Positions 1 to 9,056 of a DNA stretch of 64,000 nucleotides are shown here, one piece after another. The translations under genes and the position numbers were made by a program. Position 1 is the first letter of the stretch; every line of letters begins with the position of its first letter. The DNA is from a virus (taxonomy: Duplodnaviria > Caudoviricetes), in the IMG/VR virus record IMGVR_UViG_3300015608_002982, positions 25,286 through 89,285 of that record, one strand, 5' to 3'. The notes under the pieces were generated by a model that was not told the origin of the DNA, searched no databases, and worked only from the letters and a program-made list of their open reading frames with translations.

Positions 1-157
1 TTATAAGAATAATTTCTTTATTTTCTTTATAGTGATCTTTTGCATAAGACTTTCTACATTCTTTGCATTGATTTCTATACCCATCAATTGAATTATCTCT
101 CTTTGTAAAACAATTTATTTCTTTATTTTCTTTACAAGTTATACATATCTTATACAT
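1..157 (-). CDS. Partial ORF (runs off window start); N-terminal CxxC...CxxC zinc module typical of HNH/endonuclease VII-like homing endonucleases
   Basis: Manual translation MYKICITCKENKEINCFTKRDNSIDGYRNQCKEC; TAATATATA motif at 163-171 upstream; not in ORF track. Confidence 0.5.
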   Translation of the reverse strand, partial: MYKICITCKENKEINCFTKRDNSIDGYRNQCKECRKSYAKDHYKENKEIILI

Positions 158-162
158 ACAAC

Positions 163-171
163 TATATATTA
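163..171 (-). promoter_or_regulatory. TAATATATA phage (putative late) promoter motif
   Basis: Exact motif just upstream of ATG at 157. Confidence 0.55.
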
Positions 172-192
172 AATTTATTGCCTTTAATCATT

Positions 193-201
193 TAATATAT
201 A
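193..201 (+). promoter_or_regulatory. TAATATATA phage (putative late) promoter motif
   Basis: Exact motif abutting start of CTS-like ORF 201. Confidence 0.55.
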
Positions 202-824
202 TGATTATGAGAAACATCAAAAAATACGAAGACTTCCTAAATGAAGAAGTCAATTTAAAGAAAGCTTTAACAACTGGTGCTTTAGCTGCTGGTATGATGT
301 TGAGTAATCCAGTTTATTCACAGACAAAAACAAATACAACAAAAACAGAGGAAACTTCTAAAAAAGACAACCTATATTACATATCAACATCTTCTAAATC
401 AGGTCTTAATGGACCTTACAATAAAGATCCTGTTAAAAATATTAAATTCGCAGTTACACCTTATGTTGTTGATACATTAGGTTTGAGTTTGGTAGAGTTA
501 GAAAAAATTTATTTAAAAGCTCTTGAGACTGCCAAGATAAAACTATTATTATCTAGTAGTTTAAAAGATAAAAAAACATTTGATTATAAATCAAATGAAA
601 ATGGTATTATTGGTGGTATAGTTTCAATTGAAGAACTTCGTAGACAAGGTCCTGAATTTAGTAGTGATAAAGATTTATACATATCTTTTAGTTTTACTTG
701 TGATGGTAATGAATATGTTGTTGGTATAGAATGTTATCTCTCTGCTGCAAAAAGTGGAAATATCCCCTATAATGCTATAGGTGTTACAAAGGTATGTTGT
801 GGTCCTTGGGAGCCATTTGAATAA
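201..824 (+). CDS. Putative virion internal protein: CTS-like N-terminus followed by a cryptic signal peptide
   Basis: Starts MRNIKKYEDFLNEE then VNLKKALTTGALAAGMMLSNPVYS-Q. Confidence 0.6.
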   Translation: MIMRNIKKYEDFLNEEVNLKKALTTGALAAGMMLSNPVYSQTKTNTTKTEETSKKDNLYYISTSSKSGLNGPYNKDPVKNIKFAVTPYVVDTLGLSLVELEKIYLKALETAKIKLLLSSSLKDKKTFDYKSNENGIIGGIVSIEELRRQGPEFSSDKDLYISFSFTCDGNEYVVGIECYLSAAKSGNIPYNAIGVTKVCCGPWEPFE

Positions 825-1226
825 CTACCACCTCTTTTCTGTATCTTTTGGTGTGTGTCCTATTTTACTTACTACTAACTCATAATAAGCATCATTTACT
901 CCAAAATCAGATGAATAGACATAAAGATTAAACTCTTTTAGGTGTTCATTTACATCACGAATTAACTCAAATATTTTTGGCTCAACGTAATGTAAGACCG
1001 GTAAGTCACTTGGAAAATCTATATCTTTATGATTAAAAACCACAATAAAACATTTGTCATCTTTTTCTACTAATGATGATTGTAGAGAATCTTCAACATA
1101 ATATTCTAGCGAAGGAAACTCATCAGTTATGTGATAAAGTATTTCGGATAAGTCTTGGTGTGTAATACCAAAATCATTTTTTAATGAAAATCCTTCAGTT
1201 ATAAATTGTGAGTATTTCTTTATCAT
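825..1226 (-). CDS. Putative virion internal protein (CTS-like N-terminus)
   Basis: MIKKYSQFITE start; DLSEILYHITDE module shared with neighbouring paralogues. Confidence 0.6.
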   Translation of the reverse strand: MIKKYSQFITEGFSLKNDFGITHQDLSEILYHITDEFPSLEYYVEDSLQSSLVEKDDKCFIVVFNHKDIDFPSDLPVLHYVEPKIFELIRDVNEHLKEFNLYVYSSDFGVNDAYYELVVSKIGHTPKDTEKRW

Positions 1227-1336
1227 TAAAACATTTTAATTGATTGTATAAAAGCTACTTGTAGTCTTATCCAAGCTCTTTTTCTCCAAGGAAGTTCCTT
1301 GAACTCTTTTGTTAAAAAAATATCTTCTAATTCCGT
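1226..1336 (-). CDS. Possible 36-aa peptide with non-canonical ACG start
   Basis: Open frame (T)ELEDIFLTKEFKELPWRKRAWIRLQVAFIQSIKMF, TAATG-coupled to ORF 825..1226, AAATATATA at 1342-1350 upstream. Confidence 0.3.
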   Translation of the reverse strand, partial: TELEDIFLTKEFKELPWRKRAWIRLQVAFIQSIKMF

Positions 1337-1351
1337 AGTTCTATATATTTA

Positions 1352-1383
1352 TTTGTATATTTTACTTATTTACCTTATATTTG
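1352..1383 (+). promoter_or_regulatory. Bacteroidota housekeeping-sigma promoter (-33 TTTG / -7 TAnnTTTG)
   Basis: TTTG 1352-1355, 20-nt spacer, TATATTTG 1376-1383; ATG at 1403. Confidence 0.75.
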
Positions 1384-1402
1384 TATTCTAAATCACTACA
1401 AA

Positions 1403-1855
1403 ATGGAAGGTCGTAAACTTAAAAACTCAGATGCTCTCAAATTTATGTTTGCTGGTAAATCAATTTTTACTTTTCTGAATACTCAGTCTGGTAACCGATT
1501 TACTTTTAAGATTAAAGCCGCTAAAGATTCTAACCTTTTCTTTGTTAGTGTTCTTACACGACCTGATACATATACTTATATTGGAACTTGCATTGAAGGT
1601 AACTTCAAGCACGGTCGTAAATCCTCAATCTCAGAAGATGCTCAAAGTGTAAAAGTTTTTCAATATGTTTTAAGTAAACTAAAGGCTGGTAATTTAGCTG
1701 AGTTTATTGAGGTTTGGCACGAAGGTCATTGTGGTAAATGTGGTAAACGATTGACTGTACCTTCTTCTATTGAGAATGGTTTGGGACCAGAGTGTATTAA
1801 AACTCTTTCAAAGATGGAAAAAAGAGATAAATTTTTACAATTAATTTTGGGATAA
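1403..1855 (+). CDS. DUF6011-like zinc-finger protein with C-terminal RxxK/FLxxIL tag
   Basis: CGKCGKRLTVPSSIENGLGPEC motif; ends KRDKFLQLILG. Confidence 0.7.
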   Translation: MEGRKLKNSDALKFMFAGKSIFTFLNTQSGNRFTFKIKAAKDSNLFFVSVLTRPDTYTYIGTCIEGNFKHGRKSSISEDAQSVKVFQYVLSKLKAGNLAEFIEVWHEGHCGKCGKRLTVPSSIENGLGPECIKTLSKMEKRDKFLQLILG

Positions 1856-1856
1856 T

Positions 1857-2405
1857 ATGAGTGCTTTTATTAGTATATTAGTTTCTTTAACTCCTTTTAT
1901 TTTTATCATTTATTACTTTAGAATGATAAAAACAACAAAGTACATTTCTACCGACCTCCAAAGTGGTCAACGTTGTTATTCATGTAAACAAGATATTGAG
2001 ATTGATAGTGATGAACTTCTTGATATATTAGTACATAATAAAACTAACTATCGTCTGTGTAAATCTTGTCTTCGTGATGAAAAACTTGATAATCTAATTA
2101 ATAAAAACAAATCATCAAAGTTTCATAAACTAAAACTTTTACTTGTTAGTAAAGATTTTGATAAAATATCTAAAATCTTAATAGGGTCTATGGTCTTTTT
2201 ACTTTGTGTTGACTTATTATTAAAGATGTTATTTGATGTAAAGTGGTTTTCTTACTTCTATAACGCTTTTTTAGCTTGTTATTGGTCAATTATGATTTAT
2301 AGACATAAAGTTATTTCAATAAAAAACCCTCAGAATAATCTGAGGGTTTTAGGGCCGACCGGAATTAACACGGTTCAGTTTCCACCAACTTATTTTTCTA
2401 AATAA
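1857..2405 (+). CDS. Membrane protein with CxxC...CxxC zinc finger and internal RDEKLDNLI tag
   Basis: Hydrophobic N-terminus and two C-terminal hydrophobic segments; CYSC/CKSC; the last about 25 codons run through a terminator hairpin. Confidence 0.55.
   Translation: MSAFISILVSLTPFIFIIYYFRMIKTTKYISTDLQSGQRCYSCKQDIEIDSDELLDILVHNKTNYRLCKSCLRDEKLDNLINKNKSSKFHKLKLLLVSKDFDKISKILIGSMVFLLCVDLLLKMLFDVKWFSYFYNAFLACYWSIMIYRHKVISIKNPQNNLRVLGPTGINTVQFPPTYFSK
2323..2350. terminator. Bidirectional intrinsic terminator
   Basis: Perfect 12-bp stem AAAACCCTCAGA-ATAA-TCTGAGGGTTTT between convergent genes. Confidence 0.7.
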
Positions 2406-2608
2406 GTAAACTTATTCTTTTCAATGTAGTTTATTATACCACGGATGAAAAGCTCTTTAATTACAGACTCACAGGTATATGTTTTGTCGTAATAAAATTC
2501 TATGTTATTTCTAACATTTTCCATTCCAACTTTATATAAAACTTCCAAAGGAAAGTTTTTATTTTCCACATTTCTTTCTAAAAGAAGTTCTTTAACTATG
2601 TGTATCAT
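2390..2608 (-). CDS. Hypothetical protein
   Basis: 72-aa ORF in the recA-direction operon. Confidence 0.5.
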   Translation of the reverse strand: MIHIVKELLLERNVENKNFPLEVLYKVGMENVRNNIEFYYDKTYTCESVIKELFIRGIINYIEKNKFTYLEK

Positions 2609-2627
2609 TAGAATGGATTATTTTTTA

Positions 2628-2804
2628 TTACTTGCTTGCTTTACCTTCTTCTGTAGATGCTGCTCTATAAGGAGTAACTAATTTCTTAATTTCACCTAAA
2701 GCTTTACGAGCTCTAGCATCTGAAACTTTACTTGTAGCTGTGTGGTTTTTTTCAAACTCAGCCCAAAGTTGTTTTAATTGTTCAAAAATTTCATTCTTGT
2801 TCAT
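2628..2804 (-). CDS. Histone H1-like Hc1-family small basic protein (58 aa)
   Basis: Manual translation MNKNEIFEQLKQLWAEFEKNHTATSKVSDARARKALGEIKKLVTPYRAASTEEGKASK; K-x4-RxR-x7-K-x4-YRxxS spacing matches the Hc1 N-terminal domain; missing from ORF track. Confidence 0.65.
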   Translation of the reverse strand: MNKNEIFEQLKQLWAEFEKNHTATSKVSDARARKALGEIKKLVTPYRAASTEEGKASK

Positions 2805-2853
2805 TTTATTTACATTTTATTTTTATAACCTCTTAGTATTAAAGAGGTTTTAA

Positions 2854-4083
2854 TTATCCAAAAATATCATCAGCATCAGAGGCATCAGTGAATCCGTTTG
2901 AATCATCTTCATCACTTCCTATCATTTCATTAAACTGACTTTCTACTTTGTCCATTTCATCAATTGATTTGAAACGGAAGTAGTCATTAACAATTGGTGC
3001 CATTTTTTCTAAAACTTCTTGTGTAAAGATTTCAGAATTAAAAAGTTGTTTTGTGGTCACAGTTTTATCAAGGTGTGATACATACCATCTGTTTCCACCT
3101 GGTGTAAATTTCATCTCACCTGTTGATTTATCAACTTCCATTTTACCCTGAGCAATACCAATTTGTTCAAAAAATTCTGGACGACAAAAAGCATCTAAGC
3201 CAGTATAAGGATTTAGACCATTTAAAAAAGATATATCAAATCTAATTTTCTTAGGTTTAGCTAAACGATTCTTTTGAGTTTTGAAGAGAACAGATATACC
3301 TGACTGACCTAAGTCCATATCATCTTCTTCACCAGTTTTTAATTTAGATTTAGAAAGAAAACCTAAAACACTTGCGGAATAAACTAGACCCATCCCACCC
3401 TTGCTAATCTCTTTTGGATAGAGATCTTGTGTTAGATATGTATGATTGCAGCATACCATAGGAATATCTAAATAACCTAAATCAGAACTAATACTTCTGA
3501 AAAGAGCATTTAATTGTTTTGCTCTTGTCATATCTTGTTTAATATCCCCTTTTAGTAAGTCCGCCTTTTCTTTATTAGAAGACATCATACCAATTGAATC
3601 TAGTACAATTAAAATTTTTGGAATTTCATATCCACCCATTTTAGCCTCTTTTAACTCATCTAATAACTGAGTTAATGAGATATTGATATCTTCAACTTTG
3701 TTTGATCTTATTAATCTAAATTTATCAGTGCTATTATCAATACCCATTTTAGTGATACCCTCTAAATCAATAGAGTTTTCTGTATCAATGTAGATTACAG
3801 AGTATCCATCTTTTTGTGCCGACTTACAAATAGAGTAAGCGATAAATGATTTACCTGCCCCTGATTCACCTAATAGACCAAAAATACGACCTGCTAAAAT
3901 ACCACCACCAACTAATTTAGCAGATAAGGCAGCATCTAGTAAATAAACACCGGTAGAGATGTAACTCCTTTCTTTGATTTCTTTTTCAATTTGAATTGGA
4001 ACGGATTTAGCGATATTATCTAAAATTGTTCCTACTTTACTAAATTCAAACTTCTTTGTTTCTTTTCCTGTTGTTTTTGCCAT
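2854..4083 (-). CDS. recA: RecA/UvsX-like recombinase
   Basis: ISTGVYLLD, Walker A GESGAGKS, YIDTE, Walker B LIVLDSIG, MTRAK, NHTY, SGG-like KGGMG, KNR motifs. Confidence 0.93.
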   Translation of the reverse strand: MAKTTGKETKKFEFSKVGTILDNIAKSVPIQIEKEIKERSYISTGVYLLDAALSAKLVGGGILAGRIFGLLGESGAGKSFIAYSICKSAQKDGYSVIYIDTENSIDLEGITKMGIDNSTDKFRLIRSNKVEDINISLTQLLDELKEAKMGGYEIPKILIVLDSIGMMSSNKEKADLLKGDIKQDMTRAKQLNALFRSISSDLGYLDIPMVCCNHTYLTQDLYPKEISKGGMGLVYSASVLGFLSKSKLKTGEEDDMDLGQSGISVLFKTQKNRLAKPKKIRFDISFLNGLNPYTGLDAFCRPEFFEQIGIAQGKMEVDKSTGEMKFTPGGNRWYVSHLDKTVTTKQLFNSEIFTQEVLEKMAPIVNDYFRFKSIDEMDKVESQFNEMIGSDEDDSNGFTDASDADDIFG

Positions 4084-4107
4084 TTTAATAATTTTTATTT
4101 TATAATT

Positions 4108-4116
4108 TATATATTA
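4108..4116 (-). promoter_or_regulatory. TAATATATA phage promoter motif (recA)
   Basis: Exact motif about 25 nt upstream of recA ATG. Confidence 0.55.
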
Positions 4117-4187
4117 ATAATGAATTCTCCCCTTTTAACTTTTTTATAAATTTTCACCATATTTTTCTTAAAGGAGGAAATATAATT

Positions 4188-4196
4188 TAATATATA
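4188..4196 (+). promoter_or_regulatory. TAATATATA phage promoter motif
   Basis: 4 nt upstream of ATG 4201. Confidence 0.55.
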
Positions 4197-4200
4197 GTAT

Positions 4201-5271
4201 ATGACTAAATATGAATTTTTAGAAAAGGCGAGAGAAAAACATGGATATAAGTATCAATATCCTAATCTAAAAGATAAGATATTATCAACTGATGATATAG
4301 ATATAGTTTATAATGGCGTTTTGTATAAACAAAAGGTTGTTAAACATATCCTACTAGGTAGATGTCCTGAAAAAAACACACCTGCTAAAACAACTGAGCA
4401 GTTTATTAAGGAAGCAAAGCAAGTTTGGGGTGATAAATATGACTACTCGTTGACCGAGTATAAAGGTGCATTAAAAAAATTAAAAATTATATATGATGGT
4501 ATTATATTTGAACAGACTGCCTCAAGTCACCTTAAATATGCACCAGAGTTAAGAATGAATAAAGAATATTTTATAAAGCTTGCTAAGTATAAATGGGGTG
4601 ATAGGTATGATTACTCACTAGTTGAATATACGGATTGTAAATCAAAGGTAAAAATAGTTCTTAAAGAGACGAATGAATTATTTGAACAGACACCGTTTAA
4701 TCATTTACAATATTCACCAGAAAATATAAATAAAAGAAAATCAACAGAACAATTTATTAATGAATCAAACGCAGTTCATGATTTTAGGTATAACTATGAT
4801 AAATCTGACTATATTTCTAATCAAACAAAAGTTACAATAACTTGCCCGGTTCATGGTGACTTTACACAGAGACCTTTATCACATATACAAGGGAATGGAT
4901 GTCCAAATTGTAATGAATCTAAAGGAGAAAAAGAAATAGCTAAGTTTTTAGATAAATATAATATTTTCTACGAGAGACAAAAAAAATTTCATGATTGTCG
5001 TAATATATTTGAACTGCCTTTTGACTTTTACATACCAAGTGCTAGAACCTGTATAGAGTTTGATGGAAAACAACACTTTCAACCTATGAAGTTTTTTGGA
5101 GGATTAAAAGCATATGAATCTCTTAAAATAAATGATAAAATAAAAGAGAATTATTGTGAGGATAATTACATAAATCTTATAAGGATAAGATACGATCAGT
5201 TTGATGAAATTTACCAGATATTGTGGAATAATTTAAAGAACTTGATAGTTCTTAACAATAAAATCAACTAA
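4201..5271 (+). mobile_element. Free-standing homing-endonuclease-like gene: DUF723-like repeats plus C-terminal PD-(D/E)XK nuclease
   Basis: Four FIxxAKxxWGDKYDYS-type repeats, CPVHG...GCPNC, FDFYIP...IEFDGKQH; lone plus-strand gene in a minus-strand block. Confidence 0.75.
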
Positions 5272-5856
5272 TTCATCGCAGAATTTTTGTATATCTGCTT
5301 TCATATCATCTGTGATTTCAAATGATTCTTTCATGTATTGAGATAAAAACTTAACCTTATCAAAGTCTCTATCATCAAGAGCTTGGTCAATAAGTGCGTT
5401 TATTTCAGACTTAGACATATCTTCATAGTCTTTTTCTTTAGCTTGCTTCCATTCTTCACCTTCGGATTCTGCTGACTTTTTAATAGCTTCTAAAAATTCT
5501 ACAAAGAAATCAAGTGACTTATCAAGTCCTTCCTTAAATGATTTTTCAATAAATATTGATTTTGAGTTTTTTAATGATTTATCAAATTTTTCAAGAACTA
5601 AGTCTTTAAATTCTTCAGATAAATCAGGATTAGAATTTACAGATTGAACAAACATATTAAACAAAAGCTCAATTAAGCTATCAGCTCCTTCACTTAGGTT
5701 TTCAACATCACCAGTCATTCTTATATTTTTCTCCATAGAAAAAATAGGTTCTAACATAGCATAAAGTGATAATTTAAGATTTTCAAGCTTTCTCTTGAAA
5801 TCATCATCATCTTTAATACCTTCTAAAAATAGTTTATATGTTTTAATTCTTTTCAT
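5233..5856 (-). CDS. Putative virion internal protein (CTS-like N-terminus)
   Basis: MKRIKTYKLFLE start; acidic helical protein. Confidence 0.6.
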   Translation of the reverse strand: MKRIKTYKLFLEGIKDDDDFKRKLENLKLSLYAMLEPIFSMEKNIRMTGDVENLSEGADSLIELLFNMFVQSVNSNPDLSEEFKDLVLEKFDKSLKNSKSIFIEKSFKEGLDKSLDFFVEFLEAIKKSAESEGEEWKQAKEKDYEDMSKSEINALIDQALDDRDFDKVKFLSQYMKESFEITDDMKADIQKFCDELVDFIVKNYQVL

Positions 5857-5858
5857 AA

Positions 5859-6083
5859 TTATTCTTCTGGTTTTCCAGGTATTTCTAAATATTGGTCTAA
5901 AACTTCTTTAGTTTCAATATCTGATTCATCGTATTTTACTTCATCATCATATAAACTTACCTTCTTATCAGAAATAAGTTTTTGTAAAAGAGGTTCTTGA
6001 TTAAATAAACCAACTTCTTCATCACTAAGTTTTATAGTCTTTGTGTGTGATTCTTTAATGAAATCTGCGTACTTCTTTATCAT
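5859..6083 (-). CDS. Small putative virion internal protein (CTS-like N-terminus)
   Basis: MIKKYADFIKE start. Confidence 0.6.
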   Translation of the reverse strand: MIKKYADFIKESHTKTIKLSDEEVGLFNQEPLLQKLISDKKVSLYDDEVKYDESDIETKEVLDQYLEIPGKPEE

Positions 6084-6840
6084 AATCTGCTGTTGTTTGT
6101 GGTTTTATTTTATAATATAATATAACTGCCAATATTAAGATATTAGTAGCATAGTTTAATAATAATGGTAAATCTAATTTATCATACACATAAGCAAGTG
6201 CGAATATTTCACCAAATGCCCAAAGTAAAACAAATCCCCATGAAATACCATATGAGTGTTTGTCTTTGAATGATTGCCAAGCCTGTGGAAGACCACATAT
6301 AGCTAAACATATAGAACCTAACCAACCAAGTATTTCAAAAATTGACATACCTTTTGTTTGTTCTGATATACCGGCTGATGATAACTCAGATAAGTCTTTT
6401 TGTTCAATTTTATAATTATACTTAGATTCAACGTGACTAGATAGTCTATCAAATAATTCTTTATATTCTTCTTGACTACCTGATTCTAATTTACTTTGAA
6501 TCTCTTGTAATATATTACTTAACTCTACATCTTTTGGTGTAAGTTCTGTTTTTCTAATATCTGATAATTCAATTACTTGATTCTTTGCAACAACTACACC
6601 GTCTTTAGCCATTGGATTTGTTAGCTCAGTTTTTATGGGAACTTGTGCTTGTAAGTTTGGAGAACTTGCTAATAAAGAAGCACCAAGTGTCGCACCAAGT
6701 ATTCCTTTTTTCAAATCAAGTTCTTCTTTTACTTTAGTAACTTTTACTTTAGGATCTGGCATCCAACCAAAAGTCTTTTTAGAAGGTTTTGGATTAAAAT
6801 TGGACTTAATGAATTGATTATATGTTTTAATATTTTTCAT
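6055..6840 (-). CDS. CTS-like protein with internal signal peptide and C-terminal PQ-loop (SemiSWEET-like) membrane domain
   Basis: MKNIKTYNQFIK; LKKGILGATLGASLLASSPNLQA-Q; GWLGSICLAICGLPQAWQSFKDKHSYGISWGF with three TM helices. Confidence 0.7.
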   Translation of the reverse strand: MKNIKTYNQFIKSNFNPKPSKKTFGWMPDPKVKVTKVKEELDLKKGILGATLGASLLASSPNLQAQVPIKTELTNPMAKDGVVVAKNQVIELSDIRKTELTPKDVELSNILQEIQSKLESGSQEEYKELFDRLSSHVESKYNYKIEQKDLSELSSAGISEQTKGMSIFEILGWLGSICLAICGLPQAWQSFKDKHSYGISWGFVLLWAFGEIFALAYVYDKLDLPLLLNYATNILILAVILYYKIKPQTTADYDKEVRRFH

Positions 6841-6845
6841 TATGA

Positions 6846-6854
6846 TATATATTA
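6846..6854 (-). promoter_or_regulatory. TAATATATA phage promoter motif
   Basis: 5 nt upstream of ATG 6840, overlapping the previous stop codon. Confidence 0.55.
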
Positions 6855-7751
6855 ATTTGATTTAACAGTTTTTCCAAACCAATTTGAACTTGTTATAAAC
6901 ATCTCACAAAAAGATATTTTATAATCAATTGGATTCATCTCATCATCCATTATCCAACCTTTGTAAAATCTAATTTTATCCATTCTATTATTATGACTTT
7001 TTTCAGGTATGTATATCTCTACACTATATCCTTTATCTGTCATAAAATCTTGTATTCTTTCTAAAGTTTCTTTTATATCATATATATTGAATGGTGACCT
7101 ATAGCCTTTTCTAAAATCATCAATAGTTACTTTAATTTTAATTTCACCTCTTTTAAAAGAAGGTATTTCATCAGCTTTAGTTCTAAAACCAATATCATTT
7201 AGTTCTAAGCAAATATCTCTTATCTCTTGAACCTCTGGTTCTTCTTCAATTAATGATTCCTCAACCGGTTCATCTTCAATTAAATCAGCCGCCTTATTAA
7301 TATTAACTTTAATTCTTTCAATTCTTCTGGCTTCCTTGTCATTTTCATATACTGACTTAACTAACTCAGCTAATTGTTTAAGAATCTTTGGCTTTGCTTT
7401 ACAATTTTCCGGTTCACCTTCACATATAACATTTAAGCCATAAAACTCTTTATCACTATATCTTGCTAACTTTTTACTAATTAAAAGATCTTGAGATTGT
7501 TCATCAAATCCATTTCCTCTCAATGAAATAACAGACCATAATTTAATAGGTGTATCTTCAAAATCAACTATCCATTTATCAATTTCAAAGTTATTTCCCT
7601 CTCTATTTCCAGGATCATAAGTTATCTTATATGGTGAAATACCTTTAACCTTTTTTAGACGAGCAATATACTCTAAAGCAATCTCATCATCGGCTGATGG
7701 TTTGCTTTTGAAAAGGTCAAAAAATCCTTCATATGTTTTAAGACTTCTCAC
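6852..7751 (-). CDS. Putative virion internal protein, paralogue of 8236..9048
   Basis: GTG start MRSLKTYEGFFDLF; shares DDxIxL...RLxKVK..PYxI and RIERIxxxINxxADLI with 8236..9048. Confidence 0.6.
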   Translation of the reverse strand: MRSLKTYEGFFDLFKSKPSADDEIALEYIARLKKVKGISPYKITYDPGNREGNNFEIDKWIVDFEDTPIKLWSVISLRGNGFDEQSQDLLISKKLARYSDKEFYGLNVICEGEPENCKAKPKILKQLAELVKSVYENDKEARRIERIKVNINKAADLIEDEPVEESLIEEEPEVQEIRDICLELNDIGFRTKADEIPSFKRGEIKIKVTIDDFRKGYRSPFNIYDIKETLERIQDFMTDKGYSVEIYIPEKSHNNRMDKIRFYKGWIMDDEMNPIDYKISFCEMFITSSNWFGKTVKSN

Positions 7752-8239
7752 TATTTTGGTAGTTTTATTTTTATTGTAATATTTCTTTTTCTATTAGGTG
7801 AATCTGTTTTACTTATTGTTTTGCCAATCATTGTCATAAATTCTGACCACTCTTTATCACTGGAACTACCTTCATCAAACCCCCAACCAATAAAAAATGA
7901 CATCTTACAATTATAAATTTCTAATTTAGATTTACAATCTAATAATAGCTCATTTACTTCATTGTCCGATATTGAATTAGGTGAGTAAGTCATTTCAAAT
8001 GATATTGCTGATTTATTACCTGAGAAATTAAAGTCTCCAATTTTATGATTTGATACTTCTGATTTTCCCCAAATAACATCATCTGATGCAAAAATACCAC
8101 CTAGTATATTACCTTTCTCAATTCTTGACTCGTCAATAATATCATATAAACATTCAATAATATCGTTATATGTTACTTCAACTTTTTCCTTTTTTTTGAA
8201 AAGGTCAAAAAATCCTTCGTATGTTTTTAAGTTTTTCAT
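7751..8239 (-). CDS. Putative virion internal protein (CTS-like N-terminus)
   Basis: MKNLKTYEGFFDLF start, near-identical to neighbour. Confidence 0.6.
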   Translation of the reverse strand: MKNLKTYEGFFDLFKKKEKVEVTYNDIIECLYDIIDESRIEKGNILGGIFASDDVIWGKSEVSNHKIGDFNFSGNKSAISFEMTYSPNSISDNEVNELLLDCKSKLEIYNCKMSFFIGWGFDEGSSSDKEWSEFMTMIGKTISKTDSPNRKRNITIKIKLPK

Positions 8240-9048
8240 TTGAATTTATTAGGAAAGATGTGTCTCCATTCATGTCCTTGAGGAACATCAGATGTTTTTA
8301 CACCAAATATCTTTTTTTCTGGACAAGTATCTTTACCGTCCATTAAGAAGTTGTTATTACAAGCCCAAACTTCAACATTTCTTTGTAATAATTGACCAAC
8401 TGAAAAAGGAAATCTAATACCAGTTTCATTTTCAATATTAGTAATTCTACCATCCGGTGATTTAGTTACAACTATTTCCAATCTTGGGTTTCTTTTATTA
8501 GTGAATTTAACTTCTCTTTCGTGTAATCCTTCATCAATTAAGTCCGCTGATGGATTAATTTCAGTTTGTATTCTTTCAATTCTTTTTCTTTCTCTATCCT
8601 CATTATAGATTTTATCTACTAATTGAAATAATTTTTTACGATAAGATTCTTTGGATCTAATTCTCTCAGCTAATCCTGAGTTATTACCAATAAAAAATTT
8701 CCAAGGATTTTTACACTTTTCATAGCCAACCATTACTCCGTTTTGATTAACTAAAGTGTGTCTATCATTTGATATTACAATGTCAACATCATCAAATCTA
8801 ACTAAATATATTTTACTGAAATATTCAGTTTCTTCGTTATTTCTATGATCTGGTGTTGGATCGCCTACAAATTTACTCATCCAAGATGGTAGTTGGGCAG
8901 CGGTATTCATTATCTCATCTATCTGATAAGGATTTCTGTCTTTAACTTTTTCAAGACGGTGTATAATATCTAGTGTGATTTTATCATCACCGGTATCTTT
9001 CTTAAAATAATCTAAGAAACCTTCGTTATATTTCTTTAAGTGTTTCAT
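8236..9048 (-). CDS. Putative virion internal protein, paralogue of 6852..7751
   Basis: MKHLKKYNEGFLDYF start; shared N-terminal half. Confidence 0.6.
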   Translation of the reverse strand: MKHLKKYNEGFLDYFKKDTGDDKITLDIIHRLEKVKDRNPYQIDEIMNTAAQLPSWMSKFVGDPTPDHRNNEETEYFSKIYLVRFDDVDIVISNDRHTLVNQNGVMVGYEKCKNPWKFFIGNNSGLAERIRSKESYRKKLFQLVDKIYNEDRERKRIERIQTEINPSADLIDEGLHEREVKFTNKRNPRLEIVVTKSPDGRITNIENETGIRFPFSVGQLLQRNVEVWACNNNFLMDGKDTCPEKKIFGVKTSDVPQGHEWRHIFPNKFK

Positions 9049-9056
9049 TATACTAT

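Noticed and set aside
4171-4180. AAGGAGGAAA Shine-Dalgarno-like sequence
   Set aside because: About 20 nt from ATG 4201 and upstream of the putative promoter motif; Bacteroidota-type genes here generally lack SD sequences
6635-6817. Opposite-strand ORF-track entries (also 9207..9440, 9716..10012, 10764..11036, 12133..12363, 13472..13684, 16954..17238, 18115..18306, 19292..19480, 20584..20781, 23996..24178, 25459..25767)
   Set aside because: Shadow frames fully overlapping well-supported genes, with no motifs or promoters
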